Source: an uncultured Acidobacteriota bacterium (lineage in GTDB: Bacteria > Acidobacteriota > Vicinamibacteria > Vicinamibacterales > UBA2999). Taken from it: a stretch of 64,000 bases of DNA. The notes beneath the pieces are model-generated. The model was not told the origin of the DNA, searched no databases, and was given only the letters and a program-made list of their open reading frames with translations. A program made the position numbers and the translations under genes. The stretch spans positions 295,919 to 359,918 of the forward strand of contig CAWFGB010000005.1 of assembly GCA_963815285.1 (NCBI GenBank). The letters are read 5' to 3'. This document shows positions 48,250 to 58,317 of the stretch, piece after piece. Within the stretch, counting starts at the first letter, position 1; the number at the start of each line of letters is the position of its first letter.

Positions 48250-48270
48250 TCTTCGCAGTGTCGTGTACTG

Positions 48271-51270
48271 CTAGAACTTCAAGCGCACTCCCAGGAAGGC
48301 CCGTCGTGCGGTGACCCACTGGATGGGCTCGCCAAACTCGGTGCTGCCGGAGCCGGCGACCAGATCCTGATCGCGGATGGAGCCCTGGTTGTCAGCGATG
48401 TTGAAGATATCGACGAACGCTTCCGCGCCCATGTTGCCGAAGATATTGCGGCTGTACTGGATGCGGACGTCAACCGTTCCCCACGAGGGGTTCTCGATTG
48501 AGCCGACCGCATTCGGCGCCAGCCAACGTTCGGTGACACCGGCAAACTCGAAAGCCTCCTCCGGTGCGACGCGAATCGGCAAGTTGCGTCCCGACGCCAG
48601 GTAGGTTCGGCTCGAGAAGGTGCCGGAGTTCCAGTTGAGGACCGCGCCCAGCTGCAGGCCCATGTCGAACGTGTAAGAACCGCCGCCCTTCAGCAGGTGC
48701 GTGATGTTGCCCGGCTGTCGTGCGAACTGATTTGGCGCGCGGGGATCCAGGTAGATCACATCGCCCTGGAAGTCGGCGTTGGAGTCCGAGTTGGTGTTGC
48801 CGTCGGCATCGTTATAGTTGTACGACGTCAGAAACTGCCAGCGGTCGGCGAAGCGCTTGCGCAACACGAACTCGAGTCCCTGATAGTTGCGCTCGCCGCC
48901 CTCGAGTGTGGCGATGACGAAGTTGGACCCGGGGTTTTCCGTGTAGCCGAAGTAGTCCAGACCCAGGAACAGAGTGTTCGGGTCGTTGGTCGGACCGGGG
49001 TAGTGGATCTGCCCGTCCTGCGCGGTGGCATAGAGTTCGAGGTCGTAGTCCTCGAGGATGTCGCGCGTCCGACGGTTGATGTAGCGCGCCTCGAGGCTCA
49101 TGTTGTTGCCCAGGTCGACGGCGTAGTCGAACTGCAGGTCATCGGTGTACGGCGTCTGGGTCGTGGGCGAGAAGAACGCGTCCTGCACCGCCGGGCCACC
49201 GCGCGTGCGGTAAGTGATCCACTCGCCACCCGCGTATACCTGTTCTTCGAGGATAGAACCGGTGAGCGTTCCCGCGAAGTTGGTCATGTTGTTGCGGATC
49301 GGGTCGTAGTACCGACCGTAGTAGCCGGACACCCTGTGCCGGCCGTCGCCCAGCAAGTCATACACCGCGCTCAAACGCGGCGCGAATTCCCAGGGGAAGG
49401 TGTAGATGTTCTCGCCGGTCGTGGCGAAATGCTCCCAACGCTCGGCGCGGAGCCCGACGTTGAGCGTGAGCCGGTTGAAGGTAACGCTGTCCTGGATGAA
49501 GAAGCTGAGACCCTTGGAACTCGTCTCCTGCGGGCCGGTCGCCGACTGGAACGTGCGATCGTAATTGACCGTGTTCTGCGGGTTGCCGGCGACGCTGCTG
49601 AAGACCAGAGACTGGCCCAATTCTGGCGCAGTGATAGTCCCGTCGCGATTAGTATCGAACAGGGTATAGAACCGCGCCCGATCCGCACGTGCATCGACGG
49701 TGCGAATGAAGCCGCCAAAGTCACTGGGGTTCGAGTAGTCAAAGGCGAGGCGATTCCAACTGCCGCCGACGATGTTGGCCGCCGTCACGCCTGCGCCCGC
49801 GTACTTCGCCGCGACTGACTCGTAAATCGCCGAGTCGATGTACAGCGTGTCACGGAAGTTGTCGTGCTTCGCCCAGTCGACGCCGCCCTTGAAGGTGTGA
49901 CGTCCCCAAACATACGACGCGGAGCCGCGCACGCCCATCGTGTCGCGCTGGTTGATCAGATCCTGGCCGTAGCCGCCGAGTTGTTCGTCCTCGAGCGTGC
50001 GGACGTCGCTGCCCTGGAAGAGGATGGAGTTCTGCGCCTCGCGTTTCGCCGAGAACTGCGAGACTTCGCCGTTGTGCTTGTTGGCGCCGATTTCGAACAG
50101 CAGGTTGCCCTGGACGCGTGTGAAAAGACCGCCGTAGCGATGGCCGCCCTGTTCCTGGCCGCGGTCGCGAGCGTTGGTGATGTCACGTTCGCGACGTCCG
50201 GTGATTTCCGTCGGGTCACTCAGGTAAGTGAAGCTAATCAGGTCGTTGTCGGTCGGTCCCCAGGTGCCCTTGGCAAAGCCCTGGTGCTGAGTGTTGTCGA
50301 CTGTGCGAAGGAACTGCTGCGTATCGAGGGTCGAGACATCGTCTTCGCGGTTGTTGTAGCGATAGCTGCCAAAGAACCACGCCGAATCCCGGACGATCGG
50401 GCCCCCGAACGTGTACGCGTTGTCGGCTGTGCCGAACTCGTCCGACGGCCCGTTTTCGTTCTCGGCCATCAGGTCCTGGTTTTGAAAGAAATAGTTGACC
50501 GATCCGGAGAAGCGGTTCGAACCCGATTTGGTGATGACGTTCGAGATGAGCCCGGGCGTGCCCACGAACTCGGCCGGAATGCCGCCGGTGATGACCTTCT
50601 GTTCCTGGATGATCTCGGTATTGAGATTGGCCCCGAAGGTGCCCGTGACCGGGTCGGTCACGTTGATGCCGTCAAAGTAATAGGCGTTGTCGCTCGACAC
50701 GCCCATGTTGCCGGCGATGTCGCTGTAGTTGATGCCGCCGCGCGCGGCAGGGTTGCCGCTCGAGGTCGGGTCGTCCGGCATGACGCCCGGGACCATCTGC
50801 AGGTAGCTCTGATAGCTCCGACCGGTCGGCAGCGATTCGGTGAGCTGCAGGGTGATGTCCTGACCGGACGTGGCGCTTCGAGTATCGACGATCGGCGACG
50901 CAGCCGTAACAGTCACCGCCTCGGTGACACTCCCGAGAGACAGAGTCACAGGGACGGCTGTGGTCTGACCTGACCGGACGAGGATGTTCGGCCGAATCTG
51001 ATCCTGGAACCCCGCCAGCTGGACCGAAATTTCATACTGGGCGGAGGGTGCCAACGCCTCGAGCGTCGCGACGCCTTCCGCGTTGGTGACTACGGATCGC
51101 GTGGTTACGGTGTCAGCAGCTTTGGCGGTGACGACGACGCCTGGGAGACGGCCACCGTCGGGATCTTGAACGGTCACGACGAGCGTGCCTGTTGTGGCGA
51201 CCTGAGCTGCAGCTGGGCCGGCCAAGCCGACGGCCAGCGCAAACAGCGCGAGGAATGTGCGAAAAACCAT
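48271..51270 (-). CDS. TonB-dependent receptor with N-terminal carboxypeptidase-regulatory-like domain (Oar-like).
   Basis: Signal peptide. GTLVVTVQDPDGGRLPGVVVTA...AEGVATLEALAPSAQYEISV is the CarboxypepD_reg fold. A plug and a long beta-barrel follow. The protein ends ...FLGVRLKF with a terminal aromatic residue. Confidence 0.9.
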   Translation of the reverse strand: MVFRTFLALFALAVGLAGPAAAQVATTGTLVVTVQDPDGGRLPGVVVTAKAADTVTTRSVVTNAEGVATLEALAPSAQYEISVQLAGFQDQIRPNILVRSGQTTAVPVTLSLGSVTEAVTVTAASPIVDTRSATSGQDITLQLTESLPTGRSYQSYLQMVPGVMPDDPTSSGNPAARGGINYSDIAGNMGVSSDNAYYFDGINVTDPVTGTFGANLNTEIIQEQKVITGGIPAEFVGTPGLISNVITKSGSNRFSGSVNYFFQNQDLMAENENGPSDEFGTADNAYTFGGPIVRDSAWFFGSYRYNNREDDVSTLDTQQFLRTVDNTQHQGFAKGTWGPTDNDLISFTYLSDPTEITGRRERDITNARDRGQEQGGHRYGGLFTRVQGNLLFEIGANKHNGEVSQFSAKREAQNSILFQGSDVRTLEDEQLGGYGQDLINQRDTMGVRGSASYVWGRHTFKGGVDWAKHDNFRDTLYIDSAIYESVAAKYAGAGVTAANIVGGSWNRLAFDYSNPSDFGGFIRTVDARADRARFYTLFDTNRDGTITAPELGQSLVFSSVAGNPQNTVNYDRTFQSATGPQETSSKGLSFFIQDSVTFNRLTLNVGLRAERWEHFATTGENIYTFPWEFAPRLSAVYDLLGDGRHRVSGYYGRYYDPIRNNMTNFAGTLTGSILEEQVYAGGEWITYRTRGGPAVQDAFFSPTTQTPYTDDLQFDYAVDLGNNMSLEARYINRRTRDILEDYDLELYATAQDGQIHYPGPTNDPNTLFLGLDYFGYTENPGSNFVIATLEGGERNYQGLEFVLRKRFADRWQFLTSYNYNDADGNTNSDSNADFQGDVIYLDPRAPNQFARQPGNITHLLKGGGSYTFDMGLQLGAVLNWNSGTFSSRTYLASGRNLPIRVAPEEAFEFAGVTERWLAPNAVGSIENPSWGTVDVRIQYSRNIFGNMGAEAFVDIFNIADNQGSIRDQDLVAGSGSTEFGEPIQWVTARRAFLGVRLKF

Positions 51271-51281
51271 AGGACTCCTTC

Positions 51282-51316
51282 AAAAAAAACCTGCGCCGGT
51301 CACGACGACCGGGAGG
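51282..51316 (-). promoter_or_regulatory. Terminator-like hairpin plus U8 in the 5' leader of the TonB-receptor gene (possible attenuator or riboswitch expression platform).
   Basis: The minus strand reads CCTCCCGGTCgtcgtGACCGGcgcAGG-TTTTTTTT-GAAGGAGtcctATG. The hairpin and U-run sit immediately upstream of the SD. There is no upstream minus-strand gene to terminate. Confidence 0.4.
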
Positions 51317-51627
51317 TGGTTCCAGGCTGCGAAAGTTGACGCGCGCGAAACGCCAGCAGAACTGGAAAACCTGTGCCATTCTGTTTTTGACCGTTTGTTC
51401 AATCTTTTCGATAGTGGCCGGATCTGACCAGCCCGAAGATGCAAGATCCCGAAAACTGTCGTTCAAGCCGTTGGATCTTTTTGGGCCGAAACACCCTCTT
51501 CCTGACGGGAGAGGCGAGGCTGCCGACGTGAATCATCCAGAGAAAGGTTTGGACAGGTCGAGCGCCCCGTCGCCTCGATCCGGAATCTGCCGGAATTTGA
51601 ACAAGCGTTTGATAAGATGCAGAGGTC

Positions 51628-52830
51628 ATGGCTGCACGCGAGGTCGTCATTCTTGGTGCGGCCCGGACGCCGATTGGCCGCTACGGGGGATCTTTCCGGG
51701 ACATTCATCCCGCTGAACTTGGCGCCGTCGCCACCCGTGCGGCGCTTGAGCGCGCAAGCGTCCCGGCCGACGAAGTCACCGAAGTGATTTTCGGCCATGG
51801 TCGGCAGGCGGGTTCAGGGCCCAACCCAGCACGTCAGGTTGCCCAGCGTAGCGGCATCCCGATGGCGGCCCCTGCTTACACGATCAACAAAGCCTGTGCT
51901 TCAGGAATGCAGGCGGTGGCGTCAGCCGCGCAGAGCATTCTCTCGGGCGAATCGGAGTGCGTGGTCGCCGGGGGTATCGAGTCCATGAGCCGCATGCCGT
52001 ACCTGGTGGATAGCGCCGACGCGCGGTGGGGCCATCGCATGGGGCATTTCCAATTCGTGGACGCGATGTACCGGGATGGGTTCCAGGATCCGCTCTCTGG
52101 GCTCATCATGGGCGAAACCGCGGAAGTGCTCGCACGGCAATACGGCATCTCGCGTGCTGAGTCGGACGCCTTCGCGGTTGAGAGCCAGCAGAAAGCCGAG
52201 GCTGCGCAGAAGGCCGGTCACTTCACATCCGAAATTGCTCCGGTCACGCTGGAGCAACGAGGCAAGACCACGGTGGTGGGTGTCGATGAACATCCCCGGC
52301 ACGGCACCACGCTCGACAGCCTCAGCAAACTCCCGTTGGTGTTTCCGAATGTTGAAGGGCACCCCGGCATCATCACGGCAGGCACATCTTCCGGCATTAC
52401 CGATGGCGGCGCCGCGCTGCTGCTCGCGTCCGACCGGTGGGCCGCCGATCGGGGGTTGAGCCCGCTGGCACGGATAACCGGATGGGCGAGCGCGGGTGTC
52501 GATCCACGCCTCATGGGGATCGGCCCGGTCCCGGCGATTGCGAAGCTGTACGAGCGCCATGGGCTCGATGTCGACTCGTTCGACCTGGTCGAAATCAACG
52601 AGGCGTTTGCCGCCCAGGTACTTGCCGTGCTCAAGGACGTGCCCATTCCTCGCGAGAAACTCAACGTCAATGGCGGCGCCATCGCGCTGGGCCATCCGAT
52701 CGGGTGCACCGGCGCGCGCATCGTCGTCACGCTGCTCCACGAGATGCAACGTCGTGGCGTGGCAAACGGGCTGGCGACCCTCTGCGTCAGTGGTGGAATG
52801 GGAATGGCGCTGGCGGTAGAGCGTCTGTGA
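51628..52830 (+). CDS. Acetyl-CoA C-acetyltransferase (thiolase II), copy 1.
   Basis: [60 protein letters not shown]. Confidence 0.93.
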   Translation: MAAREVVILGAARTPIGRYGGSFRDIHPAELGAVATRAALERASVPADEVTEVIFGHGRQAGSGPNPARQVAQRSGIPMAAPAYTINKACASGMQAVASAAQSILSGESECVVAGGIESMSRMPYLVDSADARWGHRMGHFQFVDAMYRDGFQDPLSGLIMGETAEVLARQYGISRAESDAFAVESQQKAEAAQKAGHFTSEIAPVTLEQRGKTTVVGVDEHPRHGTTLDSLSKLPLVFPNVEGHPGIITAGTSSGITDGGAALLLASDRWAADRGLSPLARITGWASAGVDPRLMGIGPVPAIAKLYERHGLDVDSFDLVEINEAFAAQVLAVLKDVPIPREKLNVNGGAIALGHPIGCTGARIVVTLLHEMQRRGVANGLATLCVSGGMGMALAVERL

Positions 52831-52927
52831 CACGGACAAACGAGGATTGCCTTCTCGGTAGAGACCGACTGGTCTGTATGTCCTTGTTTGTGGCCTCTGT
52901 GTCTCTGCGGCCCGAGCGTCCGGGGGA

Positions 52928-53983
52928 GTGGTGCGAATAGCGGTCATCCCGGGTGACGGGATCGGAAAAGACGTCACGGCAGAAGCTGTCAAGGTGACTG
53001 AGGCGGTCACGAAGAGGTCCGGGCTGAAGCTGGAACTGGTGCACTTGCCGTGGAGCGCCGAGCACTACCTGGCGACGGGGGAGACGATGCCCGCCGATGG
53101 GTATCGGATGCTGCGAGAGGACTTCAGCGCGATTTTCGTCGGCGCGCTTGGCGATTCGCGGGTACCCGACAATCGGCATGCCCGTGAGATTTTGCTGGGC
53201 ACCCGATTTGAACTCGATCTGTATATCAATTACCGGCCTGTGCGGCTGATCGACGACCGGCTGTGTCCGCTCAAGGATCGAGGCCGCAAGGACATCAACT
53301 TCGTGGTCTTCCGTGAGAACACCGAAGGGGTGTACGTCAGCATCGGTGGGCGCTTCAAGGCGGGCACGGAAGACGAAGTCGCCATTCAGGAAGAGATCAA
53401 CACGTACAAGGGCGTGCATCGCATCATCCGGCATGCCTTCGAATACGCGCAGGCCCATGGGTCGACCAAAGTCTGCATGGCCGACAAGAGCAACGCGATG
53501 CAGCAGGGCCACGCGTTGTGGCAACGCGTGTTCAAGGAAGTCGCGGCGCAGTATCCAGCAATCACGGCGACGCACCTGTACATCGATGCGCTGGCCATGT
53601 TCCTGGTGAAGGATCCGGGGCAGTTCGAGGTGGTCGTCACCAACAACCTTTTTGGCGACATCATCACTGACATTGGCGGCGCCCTTCAGGGCGGGCTTGG
53701 AATGGCCGCATCCGGCAACATCCACCCGGGACGCACATCGCTCTTCGAGCCAGTCCACGGCTCGGCGCCACTGCTGGCAGGCAAGAACCTGGCGAACCCG
53801 ATGGGCGCCATCCTGTCGGCGGCGTTGATGCTCGAAACACTCGGGCGACTGGACGAGGCGCGGGTGGTCGAAGCGGCCGTCGAGGCCGCGGTCCGCGCCG
53901 GGCAGACGACCTCTGATATCGGCGGCACATTGGGGACCCGTGAAGTCGGCACATGGATAGCCAATCAGGTCGAGAACAGTTGA
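52928..53983 (+). CDS. Isopropylmalate/isocitrate/tartrate dehydrogenase family oxidative decarboxylase.
   Basis: RIAVIPGDGIGKDV..., LGTRFELDLYINYRPV, VFRENTEG.Y, NLFGDIITDIGGALQGGLGMAASGNI. The exact substrate cannot be told from the sequence alone. Confidence 0.85.
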   Translation: MVRIAVIPGDGIGKDVTAEAVKVTEAVTKRSGLKLELVHLPWSAEHYLATGETMPADGYRMLREDFSAIFVGALGDSRVPDNRHAREILLGTRFELDLYINYRPVRLIDDRLCPLKDRGRKDINFVVFRENTEGVYVSIGGRFKAGTEDEVAIQEEINTYKGVHRIIRHAFEYAQAHGSTKVCMADKSNAMQQGHALWQRVFKEVAAQYPAITATHLYIDALAMFLVKDPGQFEVVVTNNLFGDIITDIGGALQGGLGMAASGNIHPGRTSLFEPVHGSAPLLAGKNLANPMGAILSAALMLETLGRLDEARVVEAAVEAAVRAGQTTSDIGGTLGTREVGTWIANQVENS

Positions 53984-54068
53984 AACGGGCAATTCGCAAA
54001 TGATGGAAGGCCGCCTTCACGTCGGCCCGATAGAGGAGGGCGCGGGCGTCAGCCCCGCCAGATAATTC

Positions 54069-55250
54069 ATGTCAAAAGAAGTGTTCATCATCGGTGGCGC
54101 GCGGACTCCCATGACGGAGTACGTTGGCGCGCTCAAGGATGTTTCCGCCCTCGAACTGGGGGCCATTGCATCTCGTGCCGCATTCGAGAAAACGGGCGTC
54201 AAACCCGAATGGGTTGATCACACTGTGGTCGGCAACGTGCTGCAGACGAGCAGCGATGCGATCTACGGCGCGCGCCACGTGGCCCTCAAGGCCGGCGTCC
54301 CGGTCGAAGTGCCAGCGCTCACCGTCAATCGGCTCTGTGGCTCCGGCATTCAAGCCGCGGTGAGCGGTGCACAGCTGATTCAACTGGACGAGGCGGAGAT
54401 TGTCCTCACCGGGGGCATCGAGAGCATGAGCCAGGCGCCGCATGTCATCCGTGGCTTGCGTTCCGGCCTGCGACTCAATCAAGGCAAGCTCGAAGACTAT
54501 CTCTACGAGGCGCTGCTCGACCCGTACTGCGGCCTGTTCATGGCCCAGACGGCGGAGAAGTGCGCAGGCAAATACTGCATCTCCCGGGAGGAGCAAGACG
54601 CGTTTGCGTGCCGCAGCCAGCAACTCGCCGCCAAAGCCTGGGCCGAAGGCCGCTTCAAGGATGAAGTCGTGCCGGTCGAGATCAAGACACGCAAGGGTGT
54701 GACCGTCGTCGATCGGGACGATCACCTGCGTCCGGATACGACGATGGCGGGATTGGCCAAGCTGCCATCGGCGTTCTCCAAGGAGGGCACCGTCACCGCC
54801 GGCAATGCCAGCGGCATCGTCGATGGCGGCGCCGCGTTGATCCTCGCGTCGGCGAAGGCGGTCAAGGACAAGGGGCTCACGCCCGCGGCACGCCTGGTGG
54901 CCTGGGCCGCAGTGGGCGTCGATCCTGCCTACATGGGCATGGGGCCGGCGCCCTCGACGCGCAAAGCACTGGAGCGGGCCGGATTGAGACTGGAAGACAT
55001 CGACCTCATCGAGGTCAACGAAGCGTTCGCCGGTCAATACTTGGCTGTGGAAAAGGAACTCGGTCTCGATCGTGAGAAGGTCAACGTCAACGGCGGCGCG
55101 ATTGCTCTGGGCCATCCGCTCGGCGCCAGCGGCACACGACTGTTGCTGACGGTGACGCTCGAGTTGAAGCGGCGCGGCAAGAAGTACGGGCTGGCGACGG
55201 CATGCATCGGCGGCGGCCAGGGGCTCGCCGCCATTGTGGAGTCTCTCTGA
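54069..55250 (+). CDS. Acetyl-CoA C-acyltransferase (thiolase), copy 2.
   Basis: [56 protein letters not shown]. Confidence 0.93.
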   Translation: MSKEVFIIGGARTPMTEYVGALKDVSALELGAIASRAAFEKTGVKPEWVDHTVVGNVLQTSSDAIYGARHVALKAGVPVEVPALTVNRLCGSGIQAAVSGAQLIQLDEAEIVLTGGIESMSQAPHVIRGLRSGLRLNQGKLEDYLYEALLDPYCGLFMAQTAEKCAGKYCISREEQDAFACRSQQLAAKAWAEGRFKDEVVPVEIKTRKGVTVVDRDDHLRPDTTMAGLAKLPSAFSKEGTVTAGNASGIVDGGAALILASAKAVKDKGLTPAARLVAWAAVGVDPAYMGMGPAPSTRKALERAGLRLEDIDLIEVNEAFAGQYLAVEKELGLDREKVNVNGGAIALGHPLGASGTRLLLTVTLELKRRGKKYGLATACIGGGQGLAAIVESL

Positions 55251-56101
55251 TGGCGATCAAGACAGTCGGCATTCTCGGATGCGGGTTGATGGGTTCCGGT
55301 ATCGCGCAGATCTCGGCCGCGTCCGGGTTCAAGACTTTCGTGCTCGAAGTCAACGATGGGGTGCTCCAGAAGGGGCTCGGCCGCGTGGACAAGTTCCTGA
55401 GCGACGGCGTGGCTAAGGGGAAACTCGCAGCCGAAGATCGCGACAGGACCCTGGGCAATCTGAAAGGCACCACGAGCTATGCGGACCTGAAGGATTGCGA
55501 CCTGGTGATCGAGGCAATTGTCGAAAACGTCGAGGTCAAGAAGCAGGCCTATGCTCAGGTCGAAGCCAACGTCGCGCAGCACTGCATCGTCGCGTCGAAC
55601 ACGTCGTCGCTGTGCATCACGGAGCTTGCCGCCGGCACCACACGTCCCGACAAGGTCGGCGGGTTGCACTTCTTCAACCCGGTGCCGCTGATGAAGCTGG
55701 TCGAGGTGATTCGCGCGTTGACGACCAGCCACGAGACCTACAACGAGCTATTTGCGTTCGCCAAGGCGGTCGGCAAAGAGCCAATCACCGCGCCGGACAA
55801 AGGAGGGTTCATCGTCAATCGCCTGCTCGTTCCGTACCTGCTCGACGCCATCCGCTGCGTCGAGGAGGGCCTTGGAACCGTCGAGGATATCGACAAGGGC
55901 ATGAAGCTCGGGTGCGGACATCCGATGGGACCCCTCACCCTGCTGGATTTCGTCGGCCTCGATACGACTTACTACATCGCCAACATCATGTTCGACGAGT
56001 TCCGGGAGCAGCGCTTCGCGCCGCCGCCACTGCTCAAGCGGATGGTGCTCGCCGGGCATCACGGACGCAAGAGCGGCAAGGGTTTCTACGCGTACAGCTA
56101 G
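55250..56101 (+). CDS. hbd: 3-hydroxybutyryl-CoA dehydrogenase.
   Basis: Start trimmed to ATG 55250, overlapping the thiolase TGA (ATGA). [51 protein letters not shown]. Confidence 0.93.
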   Translation: MAIKTVGILGCGLMGSGIAQISAASGFKTFVLEVNDGVLQKGLGRVDKFLSDGVAKGKLAAEDRDRTLGNLKGTTSYADLKDCDLVIEAIVENVEVKKQAYAQVEANVAQHCIVASNTSSLCITELAAGTTRPDKVGGLHFFNPVPLMKLVEVIRALTTSHETYNELFAFAKAVGKEPITAPDKGGFIVNRLLVPYLLDAIRCVEEGLGTVEDIDKGMKLGCGHPMGPLTLLDFVGLDTTYYIANIMFDEFREQRFAPPPLLKRMVLAGHHGRKSGKGFYAYS

Positions 56102-56110
56102 GCCGACGAT

Positions 56111-56138
56111 GGTCGAGCCGTCCGTTGACGGGCCGACC
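56111..56138. terminator. Hairpin between the convergent hbd and TPR genes, with no U-tract.
   Basis: GGTCGaGCCGTC-cgtt-GACGGgCCGACC. 11 bp with a 1x1 mismatch, inside a 40-nt spacer. Confidence 0.35.
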
Positions 56139-56141
56139 ACG

Positions 56142-56870
56142 TCACTTCAGCGTCGCGAAGAGCTTCCTCGCCTGTTCCCTGAACGCACGATCTTCTGGGA
56201 TCCATTCCGGGTCGTCGGGAGCGGCGATGGCCGCCTCCAATTCGCGGCGCGCCTCGTCCTTCCTGCCCAGGTCAATCAACGTCTCCGCGAGGAACAACCG
56301 CGTGATCACGCTCTGCGGGTTGTAGGCGAGCGCCTTGCGCAGGTGGGCTTCGGATTTCCGCTTGTCCCCGCCAAAGAGGCCCGGCACCTTGTAATACCAG
56401 CGGCCCAGAGCCCGGTCTGCCGAGCCCTGCTGGAATGCGGGATCGAGCCGAAGTACCGTTTCGAGCGCCTCGCGGATCGCGCCGCGGTATCGGATGCCCT
56501 GTCGAAGCCCGAACGATTCGGCCAGCGCCCCCATGTTGGCGGCCATCCAGAAGTGTCCCTCGGCCCGGTCACGATTGATCGCGATCGCACGGCGCCCGGC
56601 CGCGATGCCGGCCTCGAGCGCGGCACGCTGGTCTCGCTCCGGCAGTGCCTGTGTGCCCAGCCAATACTGCGCGCGCGCCAGCTTCCAGGCGGCGTCGAAA
56701 TCAGTGGGATCGGTGACGAGGCGCGCTTGCCATAGTGCCGCCGCACGGGTGGCACTGCTGAAGTTTGCGCGATCGCGATAGAGCGCGTCGGGGTCCGCAG
56801 CCTCTTGCGCACTCCCAACCACTGTGCCAAAACCCGCGATATACAATACACAGATGCAGGATCTGATCAC
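56142..56870 (-). CDS. TPR-like helical-repeat protein. The 5' end is uncertain.
   Basis: Helical repeats such as [13 protein letters not shown] and [15 protein letters not shown]. The track ORF start (56960) overlaps folE. A GTG at 56870 gives a short signal-like N-terminus ([22 protein letters not shown]). Confidence 0.6.
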   Translation of the reverse strand: MIRSCICVLYIAGFGTVVGSAQEAADPDALYRDRANFSSATRAAALWQARLVTDPTDFDAAWKLARAQYWLGTQALPERDQRAALEAGIAAGRRAIAINRDRAEGHFWMAANMGALAESFGLRQGIRYRGAIREALETVLRLDPAFQQGSADRALGRWYYKVPGLFGGDKRKSEAHLRKALAYNPQSVITRLFLAETLIDLGRKDEARRELEAAIAAPDDPEWIPEDRAFREQARKLFATLK

Positions 56871-57462
56871 GCGCCTGCTGATCGAACTCGGCGAGGATCC
56901 AGCGCGCGAGGGGCTGATTCGAACGCCGAAACGGGTGGAAAAGGCGCTGAGATTTCTCACGAGCGGCTACGAGGCCGACATTGACGACGTGCTCAACGGT
57001 GCGTTGTTCACCGTCGATTATAGCGAGATGGTGATCGTGCGGGACATCGACTTCTACAGTCTCTGCGAGCACCACCTGCTGCCGTTTTTCGGCCGGTGCC
57101 ATGTCGCCTACATTCCAGACGGCCGCGTGATCGGACTCAGCAAGATCCCGCGCCTGGTCGAGATTTTCGCGCGCCGGCTGCAGCTGCAGGAACGGATGAC
57201 CAATCAGATTGCCGAGACCATCCGCACGAAGATCAACCCGTTGGGCGTGGCCGTGGTCTGCGAGGGCACGCACTTGTGCATGGCCATGCGCGGCGTGGAG
57301 AAACAGAACTCCTACACGATCACCTCGGCGATGCTCGGCGCATTTCGAGACAACGCGCGCACCCGGATGGAGTTCTTGGAACTCCTCAAACACCGCGGTC
57401 CAGGCAGCGCGATGAGCCTTCCGGCTCTTACACCCGCCGGCGCCTCCTGCCTGGACGAATGA
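56854..57462 (+). CDS. folE: GTP cyclohydrolase I.
   Basis: Start trimmed to [69 protein letters not shown]. Confidence 0.9.
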   Translation: MQDLITRLLIELGEDPAREGLIRTPKRVEKALRFLTSGYEADIDDVLNGALFTVDYSEMVIVRDIDFYSLCEHHLLPFFGRCHVAYIPDGRVIGLSKIPRLVEIFARRLQLQERMTNQIAETIRTKINPLGVAVVCEGTHLCMAMRGVEKQNSYTITSAMLGAFRDNARTRMEFLELLKHRGPGSAMSLPALTPAGASCLDE

Positions 57463-57624
57463 GTGGCTCACCGGTGCTCGATGCCGGCTAGGGTGCCTTC
57501 AGATGCTCGCGAGTCACCCGCCGTCCTCGGCGACGGCGCTGGGCGGTGCAACGATCCGAACGACGGCGTCTGATCGTCCATTCAGGTGGGTGCGTGCATC
57601 CACCCACCTCGCTATACTCAAGGA

Positions 57625-58317
57625 ATGCGCGCGCGCCCGCTGAGTGTTTTCGCCCTCCTTGTCGCCACGTTCACCACCTTCGACGCCCAGAGCGCTCAGA
57701 GGACCACGCCGGCGAAGAAAGCGCCCACTCCGGCGACGACGCGCGTGGAAGCCGAAGTGCAGTGTCCCTCGGATCTGGGTATTGGCATCACGACGAAGCG
57801 GCGTTTTTGTGATGTCCTGACCGGCAACGATCCGAAGCTGGGCGTTCTGGTGACCATTCCACCGCATCGGGGCCCCGTCACGCTGTCATTCGCGCTGCAC
57901 AACCGCCACATGTATTCCGAAGAGTTGATCAAGGCGAAGCGCGCGTTTCGGCAATACACGGCGACGATCGGCGTCCTCGCGATGGACAACACGTTGATCG
58001 AGCGGGCCCTGGTGCAAAGTGAGTTCCGTACGGCGGCCGACCTGTTCGATCGTGTCGGCGGCGGCGCCGGGCCAGGCGGCGTCAAGGCCGTCGCACCATC
58101 CGGCGACGAGCCGATCACCATCGAACTGCCGGAAGACATCGGCGATCAAGTGAGCATCCTCGGAGAGAACCTGCGCGTCAAACACCCGGATGGCCAAGAC
58201 AACTTCGTCGCGCCCGGCAGGCCGATCGCCACTATCAGTCAGGTGATGGTCGAGTACCGTCCAGCACCGCCAGCCAAGAAAGCCCCGGCCAAGAAAGCTC
58301 CAGCGAAAAAACCTTGA
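57625..58317 (+). CDS. Secreted hypothetical protein with Lys/Ala/Pro-repeat tail.
   Basis: Start trimmed to MRARPLSVFALLVATFTTFDAQSAQ (signal peptide). One Cys pair (CPSD...FCDV). The C-terminal tail is PAPPAKKAPAKKAPAKKP. Confidence 0.65.
   Translation: MRARPLSVFALLVATFTTFDAQSAQRTTPAKKAPTPATTRVEAEVQCPSDLGIGITTKRRFCDVLTGNDPKLGVLVTIPPHRGPVTLSFALHNRHMYSEELIKAKRAFRQYTATIGVLAMDNTLIERALVQSEFRTAADLFDRVGGGAGPGGVKAVAPSGDEPITIELPEDIGDQVSILGENLRVKHPDGQDNFVAPGRPIATISQVMVEYRPAPPAKKAPAKKAPAKKP

Noticed and set aside
48697-50973. Two long plus-strand ORFs (373 and 369 aa) inside the TonB-receptor region.
   Set aside because: They are antisense to a clearly real 999-aa receptor gene. They are Arg/Val/Gly/Asp-rich with no motifs. 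This is the typical shadow ORF of GC-rich DNA.
51400-51420. A cobalamin riboswitch in the TonB-receptor leader, because of a GCCACT match to the B12 box.
   Set aside because: Only 6 nt match. The other conserved cobalamin-aptamer segments were not seen. The leader is kept only as an unclassified attenuator candidate.
52787-53992. A 401-aa minus-strand ORF.
   Set aside because: It is antisense to the well-supported IPMDH-family gene, with no motifs and shadow-ORF composition.
56824-56960. The long forms of folE (GTG 56824) and of the TPR gene (ATG 56960), which would overlap divergently by 137 nt.
   Set aside because: The FolE alignment begins at MQDLITRLL (56854), and the TPR gene has a plausible GTG at 56870. 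A residual overlap of about 17 nt remains, so both starts are uncertain. This is an annotation problem rather than biology.
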